From Eledone cirrhosa (lineage: Eukaryota), in assembly GCA_964016885.1 (NCBI GenBank), contig OZ024758.1:21576001-21640000 (forward strand): a stretch of 64,000 nt of DNA, read 5' to 3'. Position 1 is the stretch's first letter; each line of letters starts with the position of its first letter. The translations under genes and the position numbers were made by a program. Shown piece after piece: positions 56,881 to 64,000 of the stretch. The notes under the pieces are model-generated. The model saw only the letters and a list, made by a program, of their open reading frames with translations. It made no database searches and was not told where the DNA came from.

Positions 56881-57795
56881 CATAGATAATAGTAGTTGTA
56901 ATATTAATAATAATATCATCACCATCATCACCACCCCTACTACCAGCACCACTACTACTACTACTACTACTGTTACTTGTACTGTAACTTTTGATGTTAA
57001 TAAAAACACATTTTATGTTGCCTGTGCCTCAGTGGCTGTTAATGCGATTAGAAGTGGTAAAAAAGTCACTTCGTGTGTTTCGTGTTGAAATTCGAAAAAC
57101 CAACATATCTATATAAACCATTGTAAACATGCAGAAGAACATTTATATTTCTACTAAATCTCATTATTTTCTATCCATTTATCAGAAGAAAATTTGCACT
57201 CCCAAAAAAAAAAAGAAAAATAACCAAAACCCCAAACCAACCAACCCCCCCCCCCCCCCCCCCCCCCAAAAAATGTACAGAAACTAAACAAAATAATAGT
57301 ATAACTGATGTTAAGAAAAATAAAAGAAATAAAACAGACAACAAGGGAAAATGTATCACCTTTCTTTGGTCGTTAACGTATCTAAACTCAGATAAAAACA
57401 TATTCAATATCAGTATGATTGTAATTGAGACTATTCTTGAGTAAAAAAAAATCGCTTTATCATAAAGTAGGAAAATACAATACTGAGAGTTGTTCTTTGT
57501 AAATGCTTATCATTTTTCTTCCAATTCTCGTTGGTCTGCACTGAAAGAAGCTTTGGAGACAGTTGATTACAAATGGTGTTCGACAACATTTCTTTTGAAT
57601 ATTATATTATTGTTCATATATGTGTGTGTGTGTGTGTGTGCAAATATATATATGCATGTAGATATATATGTATGTAGATATATATATGTGTGTGTGTATG
57701 TAGATATATATGTATGTATTTATGTATGTGTGTGTGTATATATATGTATGTAGTGTGTGTTCGTATACGGATTTACAGGCAGATATGTATTAATT

Positions 57796-57838
<43 letters not shown>

Positions 57839-57986
57839 GTTTGTATATGTATAATAAAGCCAAAACAATGTAGGTATGGACATAGAATATATATATATAG
57901 AGAGAGAGAATATATAGAATATATATATATATATATATACATAAATGAATACATATCTGCCTGTAAATCCGTATACGCACACACAC

Positions 57987-58069
<83 letters not shown>

Positions 58070-58109
58070 AATGAATACATATCTGCCTGTAAATCCGTAT
58101 ACGCACACA

Positions 58110-58169
<60 letters not shown>

Positions 58170-58627
58170 TTGTGTGTGTGAGTGTAAGTGAGTCTATGTG
58201 TGTATATTTGTGAGTGTGTATGTGTATGAAAGTACATACGGAAGATCATATTATATAATATATGTAAACCAGTGTATTTATCTAATCTAAGACGTGGTTT
58301 CATTCCTTTACTTTGCTCTTCTATACTTCTCATTAATATTAAGCTGTTTGTTACTATGTGCTAGTTTCCAAATGTCTCCATGTTTTGTACTTTCGATGTT
58401 CGTATTGTTGATCGAATCTGACGGAAAATTCTGTGTAGCCGCCATTTTTTTATAACTAACAAGGATTTTATTCAACACGCTAGCGCGTAAGTGTATATGT
58501 GTGTACGTGTGTGTATGTGTATATGCATACATTTATATTCTTTTACTCTTTCATCTATTGTCAGCCATCCGGCTGAGGCAGGCCATGCTGGGGCACGGTC
58601 CTTAAAAATAGTAGACCAGACACCGGA

Positions 58628-58699
58628 TGCCAAGACCTTGGATTGAACCAAGGACCGTTATATTTTTAGGCTACCGCTCTCCCAACTGAGCTATTTCGC
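58628..58699 (-). pseudogene. tRNA-Phe-derived pseudogene or SINE head
   Basis: GCGAAATAGCTCAGTTGGGAGAGCGGTAGCCTAAAAATATAACGGTCCTTGGTTCAATCCAAGGTCTTGGCA closely resembles eukaryotic tRNA-Phe(GAA). The anticodon reads AAA and the acceptor and anticodon stems are damaged. Confidence 0.8.
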
Positions 58700-58794
58700 T
58701 TGTATGAGTATATAAATATAAACTCGCAAACACAGACACACTTACAAAAATACACACTCACACACATACATTCACACAAACACACACATACATT

Positions 58795-59598
58795 CACTCC
58801 CTTTCCATCTCCCCCTCTCCCTCTCTCGCTCCCTCATTCTCCCTCTCTCGCTCCCTCAATCTCCCTCTCTCGCTCTCCATCTCTCTGTCCCTCTCTCGCT
58901 CCCTCATTCTCCCTCTCTCGCTCTCCATCTCTCTGTCCCTCTCTCATCCTCCATCTCTCTCCATCTCCCCCCTCTCTCACTCTCCATCTCCCCCCTCTCT
59001 CACTCTCCATCTCCCCCTCACCATCTCACTCTCTCACCATCTCCCTCTCTCATCATCTCCCTCTCTCATCATCTCCCTCTCTCATCATCTCCCTCTCTCA
59101 TCATCTCCCTCTCTCATCATCTCTCTCTCACCATCTCTCTCTCACCATCTCCCTCTCTCCATCTCTCTTTCCATCTCTCTCTCCATCTCTCTCTTTCCAT
59201 CTCTCTCTCTCCATCTCACTCGCTCTCTCCATCTCTCTCTCCATCTCTCTTTCCATCTCTCTCTCCATCTCTCTTTCCATCTCTCTCTCTCTCCATCTCT
59301 CTCTCTCCATCTCTCTCTCCATCTCTCTCTCTCTCCATCTCTCTCTTTCCATCTCTCTCTCTCTCCATCTCTCTCTTTCCATCTCTCTCTCTTTCCATCT
59401 CTCTCTTTCCATCTCTCCATCTCTCTCTTTCCATCTCTCCATCTCTCTCTCCATCTCTCTCTCTCTCCATCTCTCTCTTTCCATCTCTCTCTTTCCATCT
59501 CTCTCTTTCCATCTCTCTCTCTCTCCATCTCTCTCTTTCCATCTCTCTCTCTCTCCATCTCTCTCTTTCCATCTCTCCATCTCTCTTTCCATCTCTCA
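58795..59598. repeat. (CT)n/(CCATCTCTCT)n polypyrimidine tract
   Basis: Directly visible. Confidence 0.95.
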
Positions 59599-59894
59599 TG
59601 ATAGAAGTTAAGTCTCAGGAAATTATCATATTCTGGCTACTTCTGCCCTTACTCGTTTAAATATATTCAATTCACATAAATTGCTTTCGTGACATAAACT
59701 GCTTCAATTTCACGCCAATGATTACCGAAGAAAGAATTATAGGCGAGATAACCTTGTAAATCTCGTTGTTAATTGATTCCTGGTGAGATTTGTGGAAATT
59801 CGATAACAGCAGATTTCAAAATCATTGTATAAAATGTTGAAACGTCGGGTTTGTATTTGTATAATACATAATAAATTATACTATATTATTGTCA

Positions 59895-60300
59895 TGGCGG
59901 TGGATTGGCAGAATCGGTAGAGCGCCGGACAACATGCTTTGTTTTATCGACCCATACTTACGAGGTGGATAAAATAAAGCACCAGAAACACACTGGAATC
60001 GATTTTATCGACTTTTCCCTCCCCCAAAACATTGCTAGCCTTGTCCCTAAATCAGAAACCATTATTATTGTCAAGGCGGTGGATTGGCAGAATCGGTAAA
60101 GCATCAGACACCATGCTTAGTGACATTGAGTTACGGCCCTTTACGTTCTTAGCTCAAATCCCGCCGGCGTTATCTTTGCCTTTAATCCTTACGGGGTCGA
60201 TAAAATAAAATACCAGACACATACTGGGGTCGATTTAATCGACTTTCTCTTCCCCCCTTTAAATTGCTGGCCTTGTGCCTAAAGTAGAAACGATTATTGT
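59895..60300 (+). mobile_element. Two tandem SINE family A copies
   Basis: GGCGGTGGATTGGCAGAATCGG heads. Confidence 0.8.
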
Positions 60301-60744
60301 CGGGAATTAATAACGAAGGTATTAGTATTCTGCTTGCTACTGGTACCATGTGACCCAGTATAACCTTCTTTATGGTCGAGAGATTGGTAACTAAACTGGC
60401 TCCTCTAACAGATTCTAGTCTGGTTAGAAGTGTATGAGGAACCCTGGAAGCACAAAAAAAAAAAAGTGCTTTAAAAAGGAGGAATCAACTCCTCAGAGTC
60501 AACGGCCAGAGTCAGTCACTAGCCAAGCGTAGTGAGTTCGGCTATACACCTGACGTGACCAAAACCAAACAAAAAATGGTGGGGGGGGGGTCAACCAGAG
60601 AGGGCTTGTTCCAACAGAAGTGAGAAGGCCCTGAATTGTGTGTGTGACAGCTCACACCTATGCAGGTGTAGCTGGCCTCCTCCAAGGGTATATCTCGTTG
60701 GAGGTGTCTTGGGTGATTTAATGATAGGGACCCCAGTCCTATCA

Positions 60745-60892
60745 TCTCATTTCTACATCTGAGTAAACTGGAGCAACGTGAAATAAAGTGTCATGCTCAA
60801 GGAAATAACACATCATCCGGTTTGAGAATTGAACTCACAACCTTTTGATTGCAAGCCCAATGCTCTAACCACTAAGACATGCGCCTTCACAC
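60745..60892 (-). mobile_element. SINE family B head and core
   Basis: GTGAAGGCGCATGTCTTAGTGGTTAGAGCATTGG on the minus strand. Confidence 0.75.
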
Positions 60893-62579
60893 CTGAATTG
60901 GTGGGGATTATATCATTGATCGTGGTATGGCGTGATTCTTGTTTGATAGAGAATCGTGTCTTTCCTGACCTACGTGTTGGTAAAGGCAATTTTACTTAAA
61001 TATGTCTTTCATTTTAAGCATCAATTGAGACATCTGGTTGGAGACATATTCTCCATATAAGATCATTTGTATTTCATTTACCAGCGTTATAAAGATAGTT
61101 TTGATCTAACAACTCAACTAGCATTTAAACATGTCTGCTTATGTTACATAAATCCACGACATATTTTCTTAGCATCAGAGAGAAAGTTAATAGATTTTTG
61201 AATATGTATATATGTATTTAATAGTATTATTAATAGAAGCATTTCTACAGATGCCATTCATTTTCCTAGGCTGAATGCACCTTATACTTCTATTGATGTA
61301 ACTCTTGCAATGTTTATTGCTCTAATGTAATCCTGTAAGTAGTTATGAGTCTACATATGCAGTACGAAGTTAAATAGAGCGGCTTTGACCTCGGTTTCCA
61401 AAGAGTTGACGTTTCTTTGAATACAATGGATAATTTTACTTCAAATAAAAATCACCACATTAATCATCAGTTCTTTGGACAACATCAACTAAGTAATATG
61501 TTTTTCAAAACAAAAATGAACTGCAACACAATATCATTGTAAAGCAGAAATAGCTCGTGGTGGTGAATATTCAGTTTGTTAAATTCAAATTGTTGGTTAC
61601 AGTCTGAGTTAAATGATAAATTAAGTGCACTCATATGCAAGGGTTAAATTTTAGAAAAACCAAATGTCCGTTGTTTTCCGAGTTTGTGACAATTACTTTG
61701 CACAGGAGTGAAAAGTTTCCATGCCCCTGACAAATTTGGGCCCGTTAAAATCAAACAGCAGTAGATATCTTAGATTGGACAATGTAGCATTCTTTATAAT
61801 ATATTATACGGTGGAGAATGTAGTATTTTTATTATATATTATATGATATTTATATTTTAATATTAGCGGGGCAATTATAACATACTTTACGGTTATATCT
61901 GCTGAACTGCTTCTCAAATCTATGGCTTCCTAGAACGTTTTTTTTATGGATTCAGTTCATGGAATGTTTGGTTTATTTCGGAGTTAAAATTCACCGAAAA
62001 GTGTTATACAGTAAATTATATTACAACTTTTCTTGGAGGATTCCGAGGTCGGTTTTACAAATAAACTTATCTTTAAATCCGCTCACTATTATATTGAAGT
62101 GTTGTCTAATCTTATATCTCTTTATCTGAGGAGTGTTTTTAAGTTTTGATAAGATTTTTGAATATTATAGGTGTGTAACAGAAGCTTATACCGATAGACG
62201 TAAACTCTTCGTTAAGTTTTTTTCTAAATGGCTTATAAATATTTAAATCTGTTTAGTTTTCTAACAAGCTTATGCATATTTAAATCTAGATTGACATCTA
62301 GAAAATAAAGCCTGGTTAATTCTGTCGCTATATGGATTGTGATACTTGAAGTATAAAAGGGCATCTTTTTCTTTTTAATTTATTTAACGTATGCACAATA
62401 GGGCCAATGGAATTTTTGGAAATAACTGGTTCATCATCTCTGCAAAGCACAAGGCTTACAGAGGCAAATTTATTTTTAATGCATGATTTTTTCTTAACAA
62501 TGAACAAGATCCAGACCCCATGAGACTCATCAAATATATATACAGGTAATCGAAGGGGTGATTACATCATGTGCTGACA

Positions 62580-62810
62580 CCATATATATATATATATATG
62601 TATATATATATGTGTGTATGTATATATATATGTGTGTATATATATATATATGTGTGTATATATATATATATGTGTGTATATATATATATATGTGTGTGTA
62701 TATATATATATATGTGTGTATATATATATATATGTGTGTATATATATATATATGTGTGTATGTATATATATATGTGTGTATGTATATATATATGTGTGTA
62801 TGTATATATA

Positions 62811-62841
<31 letters not shown>

Positions 62842-63885
62842 GTGTGTATATATATATATATATATGTGTGTATATATATATATATATATGTGTGTATATA
62901 TATATATATGTGTGTATATATACTATATGTGTGTATATATATATATATGTGTGTATATAAATATATATGTGTGTATATATATATATGTGTGTGTATATAT
63001 ATATATATGTGTGTATATATATGTGTATAAATGTATATATATATGTGTGTATATATATATGTGTGTAATATATTATATTGTGTGTATATATATATGTGTG
63101 TATATATATATATGTGTGTGTGTATATATGTGTATGTGTATATTATATATGTGTGTGTATATATATGTGTATATATGGTATATATATGTGTATATATGTA
63201 TATATATGTTGTATATTATATGTGTATATATGTATATATATTGTGTATATATGGTATATATATGTGTATATATGTATATATATGTGTATATATGTATATA
63301 TATGTGTATATATGTATATATATGTGTATATATGTATATATACTGTGTATATATGTGTATATATGTGTATATATGTATATATATGTGCATATATGTATAT
63401 ATATGTGTATATATGTATATATATGTGTATGTATGTATGTATGTATATATATGTGTATGTATGTATGTATATATATATGTGTATGTATGTATATATATGT
63501 GTATGTGTGTATATATATGTGTATATATATATGTGTACTGTATATATATATATATGTGTATATAGAATATATAGTGTATATATATGTGTATATATATATG
63601 TGTATGTATATATATATATATATGTGTATATAGATATATATGTGTATATGTATATGTATATATATGTATCTATCTATCTAGCTATTAGGGCGGGTAAAAT
63701 TCCCGAGATCCATGGACGAGTTCTCTCCAGGGGTCCTCTGTCCCTCATCGCTGCCATGTCCTGCGTCTCCAACAGACCAGTGTCTGTCCTTAGGGCATCA
63801 ACATATGTTAACCTTATATATATGTATATATTGTGTGTATATATGTGTATATATATATGTGTATATATATATATGTATATATATG

Positions 63886-63936
<51 letters not shown>

Positions 63937-64000
63937 GTAATATATATGTATATATATATGTATGTATATATATATATATTATATATGTAAATATATATGT
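62580..64000. repeat. (TA)n/(TG)n compound microsatellite with a GC-rich insert at 63685-63812
   Basis: Directly visible. Confidence 0.95.

Noticed and set aside
58628-58699. Functional tRNA gene
   Set aside because: The acceptor and anticodon stems are disrupted and the anticodon is mutated, so it is treated as a pseudogene or SINE head.
58700-59611. 303-aa Ser/Leu/Pro ORF and antisense Glu/Arg ORFs
   Set aside because: They are translations of a (CT)-rich low-complexity tract.

Overview
AT-rich eukaryotic non-coding DNA (intron or intergenic), most likely from an octopus or other cephalopod. That assignment is inferred from the very long (TA)n tracts and the tRNA-derived SINE families. 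No host exon could be supported, and nearly all long ORFs in the track are microsatellite artefacts. The window is a patchwork of repeats: two tRNA-derived SINE families (about 30 copies), RTE, CR1 and Tx1-like LINE fragments, non-autonomous Helitrons, and a hAT-type MITE. The most notable component is a dense set of Penelope-like element (PLE) products inserted in (TA)n. One is a 2-kb 5'-truncated copy with an uninterrupted Cys-linker plus GIY-YIG endonuclease frame (Hydra-clade-like). About ten others are short palindromic 'hairpin + one-sided tail' insertions from sequence-unrelated families. Many of these carry minimal hammerhead ribozyme (HHR) folds with palindromic stem III loops, and six families share a short GTACTCAAT-like motif about 40-50 nt from the tail end. 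All coordinates were read by eye and may be off by a few bases.
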